Made by a program: the position numbers and the translations under genes
The notes under the pieces: generated by a model
The model's input: the letters and a program-made list of their open reading frames with translations, nothing else
Database searches by the model: none
Told to the model about the DNA's origin: nothing
Part shown: one piece after another, positions 17,757 through 25,617 of the stretch
Layout: the number at the start of each line of letters is the position of its first letter
How positions within the stretch are numbered: the stretch's first letter is position 1
Source: Leptolyngbyaceae cyanobacterium SM1_4_3
Lineage (GTDB): Bacteria > Cyanobacteriota > Cyanobacteriia > Elainellales > Elainellaceae
NCBI GenBank assembly: GCA_012031415.1
Contig: JAAUTN010000019.1
Coordinates: 2,325 to 34,324 of the forward strand
Reading direction: 5' to 3'
Length of the DNA: 32,000 nucleotides

Positions 17757-18893
17757 ATGAAACACAAGCTTATTGATTTATTTGCTGGCGCGGGTGGACT
17801 AACTACAGGGTTTCACCTTGCAGGCTTTGACTCTTTGTGTGCTGTTGAGCTAGAGCCTAAAGCTTTGGCAACTTATAGGCATAACTACCCAAATACTAAG
17901 GTTGTCAATCAAGATATTCGCAAGGTCAATCCTTCGGAACTGCGAGAGACTTTAGGCTTACGACAAGAAGAGTTAACAGCCCTAATAGGTGGTCCTCCAT
18001 GCCAAGGATTTTCAAGGAATATTCCTGCTGGTTATCGCTATTTGGATGACTCCCGCAACCAATTGCATCGAACATTTTTGGAATTTGTGCAAGAATTCAA
18101 GCCTTTATACGTTGTGATGGAGAATGTGCCTGAAATTTTGAAAGCTTACGATGGTGTTGTTAAGAATGAGATTACTGAACAACTTGAGAAGCAAGGCTAC
18201 AAAGTGATTTCTGAATCACTCAATTCTGCAAACTATGGTGTACCACAGACTAGATCGAGAGCTTTTTTCTTAGCCAGTTTAGACAAAACACCTCAATTGT
18301 CTGAACCCACTCATTTTGGCGATATTAGGGGTGATTATAGAAATGTAAAGTCCTGTAACCAATTAGACCTTCTGAAATCAGATATGTCTTCGATCGTCAC
18401 CGTTAAGGATGCCATTGGAGATTTACCGTCTTTAGATGCAGGACAGAAATATGATGCTGAAGCTTATCCCTGTTCTCCTCATACTACGTATCAAGCAATG
18501 CTGCGATATGGAAGCACAAAGATTGTTAATCATGTTGCTCGCGCGTTGAGTCCTATCCAAATGGCGAGAGTTACAGTTCTTAAGGAGGGACAAGATGCTA
18601 GAGATTTACCACCTGAATTAGCTCCCAAAAAGCACTACAGTGGCGCATATGGGAGACTTTACTGGGGTAAACCTGCAAGAACTATTACAAGGTGGGTCTT
18701 TCATCCAGGGTCTGGTAGGTTTTTTCATCCAACCCAAAATCGAACTATCACAATCCGTGAAGCTGCGAGGTTACATTCATATCCAGACACCTTCCACTTT
18801 CTAGGAACTTACACGGATATGGCTTCTCAAATTGGGGAATCCGTTCCTCCTCTTCTAGGAAAAGCGATCGCTACAACAATTCTTCAGGATTGA
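17757..18893 (+). CDS. DNA (cytosine-5)-methyltransferase
   Basis: m5C methyltransferase motifs in canonical order: I DLFAGAGGLTTGF, IV GGPPCQGFS, VI MENVPE, VIII QTRSRAFF, IX REAARLHSYPD, X GESVPPLL. Confidence 0.95.
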   Translation: MKHKLIDLFAGAGGLTTGFHLAGFDSLCAVELEPKALATYRHNYPNTKVVNQDIRKVNPSELRETLGLRQEELTALIGGPPCQGFSRNIPAGYRYLDDSRNQLHRTFLEFVQEFKPLYVVMENVPEILKAYDGVVKNEITEQLEKQGYKVISESLNSANYGVPQTRSRAFFLASLDKTPQLSEPTHFGDIRGDYRNVKSCNQLDLLKSDMSSIVTVKDAIGDLPSLDAGQKYDAEAYPCSPHTTYQAMLRYGSTKIVNHVARALSPIQMARVTVLKEGQDARDLPPELAPKKHYSGAYGRLYWGKPARTITRWVFHPGSGRFFHPTQNRTITIREAARLHSYPDTFHFLGTYTDMASQIGESVPPLLGKAIATTILQD

Positions 18894-18900
18894 GGCTACG

Positions 18901-19624
18901 CTATAAATTGAGTTGCTCACGCAGGGCAGAGAGAACTGTTTGCACATATCGATCGAGTGTGAGACGTGTCCTCTCAACCCTGATATGAATTGCTTCTGGT
19001 GAAATAGTTCTTGCTCGAAAAAGTTGTTTTTGATTTTTATACCAAACTAACTCAAGTTGTCCTGGGATACTACCTTGCAATCCTGCTCCTGATCTGCCTG
19101 TAATTCGATCAACTGTCCAAGCCCAAGTAAAAGCATTTGGATCAAGTGGGGTTAAGAGGAAATTCACAATAAATGTATTCAAATCCATGAATTGTTTTGA
19201 GAAGTATACCTTCATAACTATTGACAACACCCTGTGCTGCTTGGCTCGATATGATTTTCTCATTCCAGTGCTGAATAATAGCTGCTCCTAATTCGTCGGG
19301 CGAGGATTGTTCTGTTAACCCAGGAAAACCAAGCTGAACAGCTTTCTTGACAATATCTGCTCTTTGAATGACAAACAGAAATGTATTTACAGTCGTTAAA
19401 TTATTTAGTTGCAGAGACTTGAGCGACCAACCAGTTGAAGTAGTGGGGTCTACGGCATCATATAGAAGCTTGCTACGCCCCAGTGATGGATCAGCTAAAG
19501 AAATATTCTTAACGTAGTGAAAAATTGCTTCCCAAGTGTAATCTTCTATAGAACCAATAAGTGGAGATGCAATGGTTGCAACAACGGCTTGTCTCAACCT
19601 CTCAATTTCATCTTCCGTTAGCAC
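18901..19624 (-). pseudogene. Putative type II restriction endonuclease split into two overlapping frames
   Basis: ORFs 19142..19624 and 18901..19263 overlap by 122 nt in different frames and together make about 240 aa. The GTG start overlaps the C gene by 17 nt. A possible PD..(S/E)xK-like core lies at DAVDPTTSTGWSLKS. The assignment rests on genomic context, not on recognised homology. Confidence 0.5.
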
Positions 19625-19853
19625 TCAAGAGTTCCTCGACAACTTGTAAAAATTCACTCATCGTGATGCCTAAAGCATTTGTGATGTGATTAAGAACCCT
19701 AACAGACGGACTCTTCAGCCCCCGTTCGAGTTGGCTGATGTAGGTTCTGTGCAGTCCTGTAATTTCTGCCAAATATTCCTGTGACCAACCTTGCTCTATT
19801 CGACGGCGTTGTATCTCTAGTCCTAAAATTTGATCTAGTTTGCTAAGCTGCAT
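19608..19853 (-). CDS. Controller (C) protein, XRE-family helix-turn-helix, 81 aa
   Basis: RRIEQGWSQEYLAEITGLHRTYISQLERGLKSPSVRVLNHITNALG is a classic XRE HTH. Its size and its position directly upstream of, and overlapping, the endonuclease ORF match restriction-modification C proteins. I prefer the ATG at 19853 to the TTG at 19907. Confidence 0.8.
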   Translation of the reverse strand: MQLSKLDQILGLEIQRRRIEQGWSQEYLAEITGLHRTYISQLERGLKSPSVRVLNHITNALGITMSEFLQVVEELLSANGR

Positions 19854-19873
19854 GAATAGAAAGATTAGTACTT

Positions 19874-19906
19874 TGAATACCAAAGTTCCACAGACTAAAG
19901 TATTCA
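19874..19906 (-). promoter_or_regulatory. Putative C-box: TGAATAC-19 nt-GTATTCA, 20 nt upstream of the C gene ATG
   Basis: The outer half-sites are identical to those of the palindrome on the methyltransferase promoter. The flanks also match (TTTGAATACcAaAG and ACTAaAGTATTCA vs TTTGAATACTATAG and ACTATAGTATTCA). Confidence 0.5.
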
Positions 19907-20103
19907 AAAAACATTGTTAGTCCCAATTGTTCGGTGACTGCATAGCAATAATCGCAGCATAACCTCCTTGCAGCGGACGAGCGCAATTCTTCGGTGTTGA
20001 ATTCAAGGTTACTTGCCGCCGCCGAAGGGGAACGTTCTACGGAGGAATGCGTAGGTACTGGCTAAGTTGTGCCATTCATTGGTCGTGCGTCACTTGTAAG
20101 CGG

Positions 20104-21390
20104 CTACAGCAGTTGACGAAAGATTAGTCCAAACCTACCTCGAATTTGTTCTAACAGCGGGCGATTTTGCCAGTCCTTTAGGGTGATCAAAGTGCTGTTG
20201 GCAAAGGAGTCTAGCAGAAAACTTTCAGCTTGTTGAGCTAAGTGGCGATCGCTCACTGACACATTCATTTCATCGTTCAAGAAAAAGCTACGCTCATCCA
20301 TATTGGTGCTGCCATGACTGACCCAGCTATCGTCAACCAGCACGACTTTAGCATGGAGCATATTGGGCGCATATTCGTAAATTTTCACGCCCGCTTCGAG
20401 CAAATCCCCATAAAGCTCTCGTGCGGTGTAGTAGACATAAGCCTTATCATTACGAACTCCCATCGTCAGAATTCGCACATCCACGCCTGCTTTGCTAGCT
20501 TCTATCAGCACTTTACGGGTATATTTATCGGGCACAAGGTAAGGACTGCTAATCCAGAGCCGCTGCCGTGCTGCCTGAATGCTGGTTTGAAACAGGATGT
20601 GCAGCGCAGAGTTTTCAGGAGAAAAGGTGCCCATTGTTACAAAGGCAGTTTGACCCTTAGGCGAACAGGGTTGAAACACCTGCACGCTGAGATCAGCAGT
20701 GCCGCCAACGGTCGTCCAGTTCTCCATGAAAACGCCCTCCAGGGTACTTAGAATTGCTCCTTCATAGCGCACCTCAAAGTCTCGCCAGGGAGCAGTTCCC
20801 CCGGTGTCGCTTTTGCCATCCCACTCATCTGAAACGCCCGCGCCACCAATTAGGGCAACTTTGCTATCAATCAGCAGCAGTTTGCGGTGGGTACGAGTGT
20901 TGTAGTCAAGCGGCGCTCTCCAGGTAAAAGGGCTGAAAAAGTGTACCTCCACGCCTGCGGCTTCAAGCGATTTCCAGTATTTTTTGGGCATTGAGCTTGA
21001 GCCATGATGGTCAACCACAAGCTGAACTGCGACTCCTGCCTGGGCGCGATCGCCGAGGGCGATCGCAAAATCATCTGCTCGTCGCCCCGGTGTCATGTAA
21101 AAAGTTTCAAAATGAATAGTTCGTTGAGCGCTCTGAATCGCCTCCAGCCGCGCCGCATAAATCTCGTCAGCTTCGACAAAAAATCCGGTGGGATGTGCCT
21201 GGGTGGGTAGGCTAGATGAGAATCCGGCGATCGCCAGAAAAAAATTTGGCTCATCCACACGCGGCACGTTTTGCATCGGGTAGCTGATCTTGCGGCGAAA
21301 GCTACCTCGAAAGTAAGGAATTAATATCGCAGCAGCCAGCAGAACCAGGAGAATGGCACCAATCCAGCTTAAAACTCCTTCCAATGTCAT
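20104..21390 (-). CDS. Phospholipase D family protein, cardiolipin synthase-like, with an N-terminal transmembrane anchor
   Basis: Two HKD motifs: HRKLLLIDSKVALIGGAG and HAKVVLVDDSWVSHGSTNMDERS. N-terminal hydrophobic helix WIGAILLVLLAAAILI. Confidence 0.85.
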   Translation of the reverse strand: MTLEGVLSWIGAILLVLLAAAILIPYFRGSFRRKISYPMQNVPRVDEPNFFLAIAGFSSSLPTQAHPTGFFVEADEIYAARLEAIQSAQRTIHFETFYMTPGRRADDFAIALGDRAQAGVAVQLVVDHHGSSSMPKKYWKSLEAAGVEVHFFSPFTWRAPLDYNTRTHRKLLLIDSKVALIGGAGVSDEWDGKSDTGGTAPWRDFEVRYEGAILSTLEGVFMENWTTVGGTADLSVQVFQPCSPKGQTAFVTMGTFSPENSALHILFQTSIQAARQRLWISSPYLVPDKYTRKVLIEASKAGVDVRILTMGVRNDKAYVYYTARELYGDLLEAGVKIYEYAPNMLHAKVVLVDDSWVSHGSTNMDERSFFLNDEMNVSVSDRHLAQQAESFLLDSFANSTLITLKDWQNRPLLEQIRGRFGLIFRQLL

Positions 21391-21497
21391 AATTTTTTCT
21401 GGGTTTATCCCCTAGCCTGCAAATGACATTGAGGATTTTAGAAGGATAAATTTACTTCGCACCACTACCAAAAGCGAGATATTACTTGAATCAAGAG

Positions 21498-21907
21498 TCA
21501 CTCACCTTTGAGTAACCCCCAGGCAAAGGTATCAAATACGCCGTTTCGAGTTTTTGTATGCTGTCTCAAACACCCCTCCAGTTTAAACCTGTTCTTTTCT
21601 AAAATTCTTGCTGAGGCTGTGTTGAAATCAAGCGTATGCGCGGTAAGACGAATCAATTCCAGTTCATTAAATGCGTACTGAATAAAACAACTCAGTGCAT
21701 CAGTTATTACCCCCTGTCCCCGATAAGCTTTCGCTAACCAGTATCCAATTTCTGCTCTATGAGTTTCTCCTATTTTGAAGTCGTCCACACCCACTGAACC
21801 AATCAAATATCCTTGAGAATTGCGAAGCACAAATGTTCTAAATAAGCAGCTTTGTCATTGCGCTGAACACTGGTTAAGTGAAAACCTTCGCGAACTCTAA
21901 GCTCCAT
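21498..21907 (-). pseudogene. GNAT (RimJ/RimL-type) N-acetyltransferase with an internal out-of-frame deletion
   Basis: The C-terminal 110 aa (AEIGYWLAKAYRGQGVITDAL...RLTAHTLDFNTASARILEKNRFKLEG) form a GNAT core. A 34-codon ORF from the ATG at 21907 (MELRVREGFHLTSVQRNDKAAYLEHL...) looks like the matching N-terminus but is in another frame. About 40 aa between the two parts are absent. Confidence 0.6.
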
Positions 21908-21923
21908 ACGCCAACGTAATTTT

Positions 21924-22139
21924 TTATTTATCTTGCTGAGAATTGGAGTTTAGCTGAACCTGAATTGCTGCTAATACTTTCTCCTCCCAATCTGGATCAT
22001 CAAGTTTTACATTGATCTTATTGAGTCGAGAATGCCGCCGATCCATGTAGGTATGAAATGCTTCTTGGTCATCACGATGAGTTAAGATATAGCGCTTGAG
22101 TTCCTGATCATTCATCGCAACATAATTGATCTTTGTCAT
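21924..22139 (-). CDS. Small protein resembling the cyanobacterial DUF6887 family
   Basis: MTKINYVAMNDQELKRYILTHRDDQEAFHTYMDR matches the remembered pattern MTKPNF.AM...EL..Y.L.HR.D.EAF. Confidence 0.55.
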   Translation of the reverse strand: MTKINYVAMNDQELKRYILTHRDDQEAFHTYMDRRHSRLNKINVKLDDPDWEEKVLAAIQVQLNSNSQQDK

Positions 22140-22321
22140 GGCTCAATACTCCCATCCGGTTGAATTTCAATTTCGATTTCTTCTCCCTGTCCAGCTAAGA
22201 TGAATAGGTTGAGCGTTCGTTCATCAAGACGCACGATGTGAATAGGCTGAAGCATGGTGTTAGTAAGAAGATAGCTGAATCGGTACAAAGTTTTCAGTTG
22301 TGCCCCTGTTGGCTCCCTCAT
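22136..22321 (-). CDS. Small protein resembling the cyanobacterial DUF6888 family
   Basis: PTGAQLKTLYRFSYLLTNTMLQPIHIVRLDERTLNLFILAG..EIEIEI.PDG matches the remembered pattern. Its stop overlaps the next start (ATGA at 22136..22139). Confidence 0.5.
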   Translation of the reverse strand: MREPTGAQLKTLYRFSYLLTNTMLQPIHIVRLDERTLNLFILAGQGEEIEIEIQPDGSIEP

Positions 22322-22440
22322 ACATCCACCATCGTAATAGCTTTAGGCAAAGGACTGTAGCATAGATCATCTATGTAGTTGGCTATATGTATAGAGGTTA
22401 AGACAGATATGCAACTAAGGTGTTGAAAAACCTGGTTTTG

Positions 22441-22491
22441 TGTGGAGCAGTCAGCTTGCCTGCTTGATTTAGACGGGCAAGATGCCCATCC
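22441..22491. repeat. Inverted, partly degenerate copy of the 3130..3180 double-hairpin repeat
   Basis: gtggagcagtcagcttgcctgcttgatttagacgggcaagatgcccatccc compared with the reverse complement of 3130..3180, gtggagcaggcatcttgcctgcttgatttggatgggcaagatgcccatccc. Confidence 0.85.
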
Positions 22492-22507
22492 CAAACAACC
22501 AATTCAG

Positions 22508-23359
22508 CTAAACCGATCGCCTCTGATCGCCGCGATAGCGGATATACTCTGCCACGAATGCCAACACACCGGAACCGAGAATTAGTACTACACTGAGCGC
22601 ATTAATATCAGGTTTAACGCCCGTGCGGACGCGGCTAAAAATTTCCATTGGTAGCGTGTTTGCGCCGCCGCCTGCCGTGAAGCTAGAGATCAGCAAGTCA
22701 TCCATGCTTAAAACAAAAGCTAAAAGGCAACCTGACACGATCGCAGGCATCAGTTCTGGCAGCAAAACTTTGAGAAATGCCTGAGTGGGAGTCGCGCCTA
22801 AGTCTAAAGCGGCTTCTTCTAAATGCGGGTTTAAACCAGACAGGCGAGTTGAAACGACGACCGCTACGTAAGCCAGACAAAAAACAATGTGAGATGCCAC
22901 GATTGTCCAGAGGCTGAGGGGAATCGCAAACGAGGCAAGAAAGACCAGCGTGGCAACGGCGATCGCAATATCAGGAATAATCAGCGGCAAGTAGGAAACG
23001 CCACGATAAAGCCCTTTACCCCAAAACCGATATCGCGCCAAGCCGACCGCCATCAGCGTCCCCAGCACGGCTGAAACCCCAACCGCACAAATCGCAACGG
23101 CTAGACTATCTTGCAAGGCGGCAAAAATGCGTGAATCGTTAAACAGGGTACTGTACCACCTCAAGCTAAATCCTTCCCAGGTCGCACTAAAGCGTGAAGC
23201 GTTGAAGCTGTAGAACGCCAGGATCAGAATCGGCAAGTACATGAACACGAACACCGCTAGCGAGATCGCTGCTAGCCAGGATGCCCGAATTGAAAAGGTG
23301 GTTTTGGGTGTTGGCTTAGAGGAGTTCACAGGAAGAGGGGGGCATTCGCTATTGTTCAA
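22508..23359 (-). CDS. potC: Spermidine/putrescine ABC transporter permease PotC
   Basis: Six-TM ABC permease with an EAA-type loop (LEEAALDLGATPTQAFLKVLLP). It lies in the pot operon. Confidence 0.88.
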   Translation of the reverse strand: MNNSECPPLPVNSSKPTPKTTFSIRASWLAAISLAVFVFMYLPILILAFYSFNASRFSATWEGFSLRWYSTLFNDSRIFAALQDSLAVAICAVGVSAVLGTLMAVGLARYRFWGKGLYRGVSYLPLIIPDIAIAVATLVFLASFAIPLSLWTIVASHIVFCLAYVAVVVSTRLSGLNPHLEEAALDLGATPTQAFLKVLLPELMPAIVSGCLLAFVLSMDDLLISSFTAGGGANTLPMEIFSRVRTGVKPDINALSVVLILGSGVLAFVAEYIRYRGDQRRSV

Positions 23360-23389
23360 ACACTTCTTGCAGGATTTCTCTTATTGGGT

Positions 23390-24304
23390 TTAAGAGAAGC
23401 TTTCGGGATCGCGATCGCCATATCTAATCAACAGGGCGATCGAAATACTCACTGCCAAAATCAGCACCATACTGAGGCTAGAACCCAGTCCCCAGTTGCG
23501 AGTTGCGCCGAGAAACTGGTTGTAAATCAGTCGCGAAACCGTCATACTAGACGCGCCGCCCAGCAGTTCTGGAACGACAAAATCTCCCAGGCTGGCAATA
23601 AACACCAGCAAACAGCCCGCTGCAATGCCGGGTAGTGTCTGTGGCACTGTCACCTTCCAAAAGGTTTGCGGGGCACTAGCGCCCAGATCGGCCGCTGCTT
23701 CTAGCAGTCGTCTGTCTAGTTTTTCTAAGGAAGCATAGAGCACCAGCACCATGTAGGGCAAAAAGCTATAGCTCATGCCAATGAATACGGCTCCGCTGCG
23801 GTTAAGCAAATCCAGCGTAGGCAGTCCAAGCGTGCTGAGAAACGAGTTTAGTACACCTGTCGGACGCAGAATCGTGATCCAGGCATAGGCTCGCAGCAGA
23901 GAGGAAGTCCACAGAGGCAAAATAAAACCGACCAGCAGCAAGTTTTGCCAGCGTTTAGGAGCCATCAGCGCAATCCAGTAGGCAACCGGAAACCCCAGCA
24001 GCAGCGTTAAAACCGTACTGCCGAGGGCAAAAAAGACCGATCGCCAGATGACCTGAAGGTAAATGGGCTGGAAAATATTCAGGTAATTCCCTAACCCAAA
24101 GCCGTCCATCGGTTGACCAGGGCGAATACCAGGGACAAAACTGAGTTGAAGAATTAGCAGCGTTGGCACAACCAGCAGCAGCAACAGCCAAACCCCTGGC
24201 GGACCCAGTAGTGCCAGTGGCCCAAGCAGATGACTGAGTTTGCGCTGCCAGCCTGGACTCGTTTTAGCAGGAACGACAGAAGGCGTAGGCGTTGAGGTTG
24301 ACAT
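23390..24304 (-). CDS. potB: Spermidine/putrescine ABC transporter permease PotB
   Basis: ABC permease with the loop LLEAAADLGASAPQTFWKVTVPQTLPG. Adjacent to potC. Confidence 0.88.
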   Translation of the reverse strand: MSTSTPTPSVVPAKTSPGWQRKLSHLLGPLALLGPPGVWLLLLLVVPTLLILQLSFVPGIRPGQPMDGFGLGNYLNIFQPIYLQVIWRSVFFALGSTVLTLLLGFPVAYWIALMAPKRWQNLLLVGFILPLWTSSLLRAYAWITILRPTGVLNSFLSTLGLPTLDLLNRSGAVFIGMSYSFLPYMVLVLYASLEKLDRRLLEAAADLGASAPQTFWKVTVPQTLPGIAAGCLLVFIASLGDFVVPELLGGASSMTVSRLIYNQFLGATRNWGLGSSLSMVLILAVSISIALLIRYGDRDPESFS

Positions 24305-24362
24305 AACCGCACAACAAGGGGAGAAATTTTTAGGGGCAAGGTTTGTGCCCCTTCCAGGTCAG

Positions 24363-25514
24363 TTAGGTACTGGTCAACTGAGTCCAGTACTGGTCATATA
24401 GCTCAGTTGCTTCTTCCGAGACAGGCGCAATTCCCTCACAGCGATCGAGCAGATCTTGAGGTGGGAAGAGTTTGGTATCGGCTTTTAATTCGTCGGAGAG
24501 TTGGTCATAGGCAACCTCGTTAGGGGTCGCAAATCTCAACCTTTCGACCGAACTAGCTGCATTTTCGGGCACTAACAGGAAATTTATCCATTCGTAGGCT
24601 GCGTCGGGGTTGGGTGCCGACTTGGGAATGACCATTGCATCCGTCCATAGGGAGGAACCCGTTTCAGGAATGACGTACTCTATGTCAGGGTTTTCCGCTA
24701 CCAGGGAAAGTGCGTCAACGGAGAAGGCCATTGATACCAGCACGTCACCACTTGAAACCTGGTCTTCCCAACCGTTGGTAATGAAGTTGGCGATCGCGGG
24801 TTTAAGCTCCACCAGTCGGTTATAAGCTTCTTCAATCTCAGCCGGATCTTCAGAATTGTAGGAATAGCCGAGGGAATGCAGCACACCGCCCATGACTTCC
24901 CGCACGTCATTCAGCAGAGTGATCTGCCGATTCAGGGAACCGCCATTTTCCCAGAAATAATCCCAGCCTGTCAGGGTTGTGCCCAGGTTGTCAGGATTGT
25001 AAACAAAACCCGTCGTTCCCCAGACCGCAGCAACGCTATGGGCACTCCCCGGATCGTAAACGGGGTCTTGCCACTGCGATCTAAGATTTTCCAGCCCAAC
25101 CAGTCGAGACTTGTCGAGGGTAGTTAGCATATCAAACTCGATCATCTGAGTCACCATGTAGTCAGATGGGTAGATGATGCTGTAAGCGCTGCCGCCGCCT
25201 GCCTGCATCTTCGCCAACATGGTTTCATTCGAGTCGTAGGTGTCTACGATGACTTCGATGCCTGTCTTTGCCTGAAAGCTATCCAGCAACTCTTGGTCAT
25301 GGTAGTTTGCCCAACTGTAGACATTTAAAGTGCCACCGTCAGCGGCAGCGCTGCCGCTGGTCGAATCTTCAGAGCTAACGTCTGCCAGATTGCGGGCACA
25401 GTTCGATAAAACAGCACCTGAGAGGGCAGCGGCTGACAATTGCAGAAAACCGCGTCTGGTATTAGCGATCCGGGGCGATCGCCCTGGGTAAAATCGAGGT
25501 TTCCGGGTATTCAT
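24363..25514 (-). CDS. potD: Spermidine/putrescine-binding periplasmic protein PotD
   Basis: PotD-type solute-binding protein (LNVYSWANYHDQELLDSF, VIPETGSSLWTDAMVIPK). N-terminal twin-arginine-like signal TRRGFLQLSAAAL. Confidence 0.88.
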   Translation of the reverse strand: MNTRKPRFYPGRSPRIANTRRGFLQLSAAALSGAVLSNCARNLADVSSEDSTSGSAAADGGTLNVYSWANYHDQELLDSFQAKTGIEVIVDTYDSNETMLAKMQAGGGSAYSIIYPSDYMVTQMIEFDMLTTLDKSRLVGLENLRSQWQDPVYDPGSAHSVAAVWGTTGFVYNPDNLGTTLTGWDYFWENGGSLNRQITLLNDVREVMGGVLHSLGYSYNSEDPAEIEEAYNRLVELKPAIANFITNGWEDQVSSGDVLVSMAFSVDALSLVAENPDIEYVIPETGSSLWTDAMVIPKSAPNPDAAYEWINFLLVPENAASSVERLRFATPNEVAYDQLSDELKADTKLFPPQDLLDRCEGIAPVSEEATELYDQYWTQLTST

Positions 25515-25617
25515 CAGAGGTAATACGCTCTCCTTGGACTATACAACAGGGGTCAAACGAACTGGGGTCAAACGAACTGGCAAGTTTCACGCAGATGCAA
25601 AACAGATTTTAACTATC

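Noticed and set aside
19175-19181. A third GTATTCA half-site inside the endonuclease gene, close to the frame break
   Set aside because: It is a single 7-mer without a partner half-site. About 4 occurrences are expected by chance on two strands of 32 kb.
19904-19969. 18-codon minus-strand mini-ORF (MLRLLLCSHRTIGTNNVF*) preceded by AAGGAGG, with its stop codon inside the distal C-box half-site
   Set aside because: The Shine-Dalgarno-like sequence ends only 2 nt before the ATG, which is too close for normal initiation. The peptide is short and featureless. It may be worth revisiting if the C-R transcript starts upstream of 19970.
19961-20103. Stem-loops (cttcgg…ccgaag; ctacg-8 nt-cgtag; GAATTC and GAACGTTC palindromes) in the spacer between the PLD gene and the restriction-modification cassette; considered as an sRNA or terminator
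   Set aside because: The stems are short (5-6 bp), no U-tract follows them, and they match no RNA family I know. On the sequence alone they cannot be told apart from chance.
20104-21390. PLD-family protein next to the restriction-modification cassette; considered as a Nuc/BfiI-like nuclease or defence component
   Set aside because: It has an N-terminal membrane anchor and two HKD motifs in one chain of about 430 aa, which fits cardiolipin-synthase-like lipid enzymes better. Its composition and HIP1 content look native.
24154-24339. Small ORFs overlapping potB/potD (23955..24191, 24154..24339, 24698..24910, 23384..23635)
   Set aside because: They are alternative-frame or antisense ORFs inside strongly supported ABC transporter genes.
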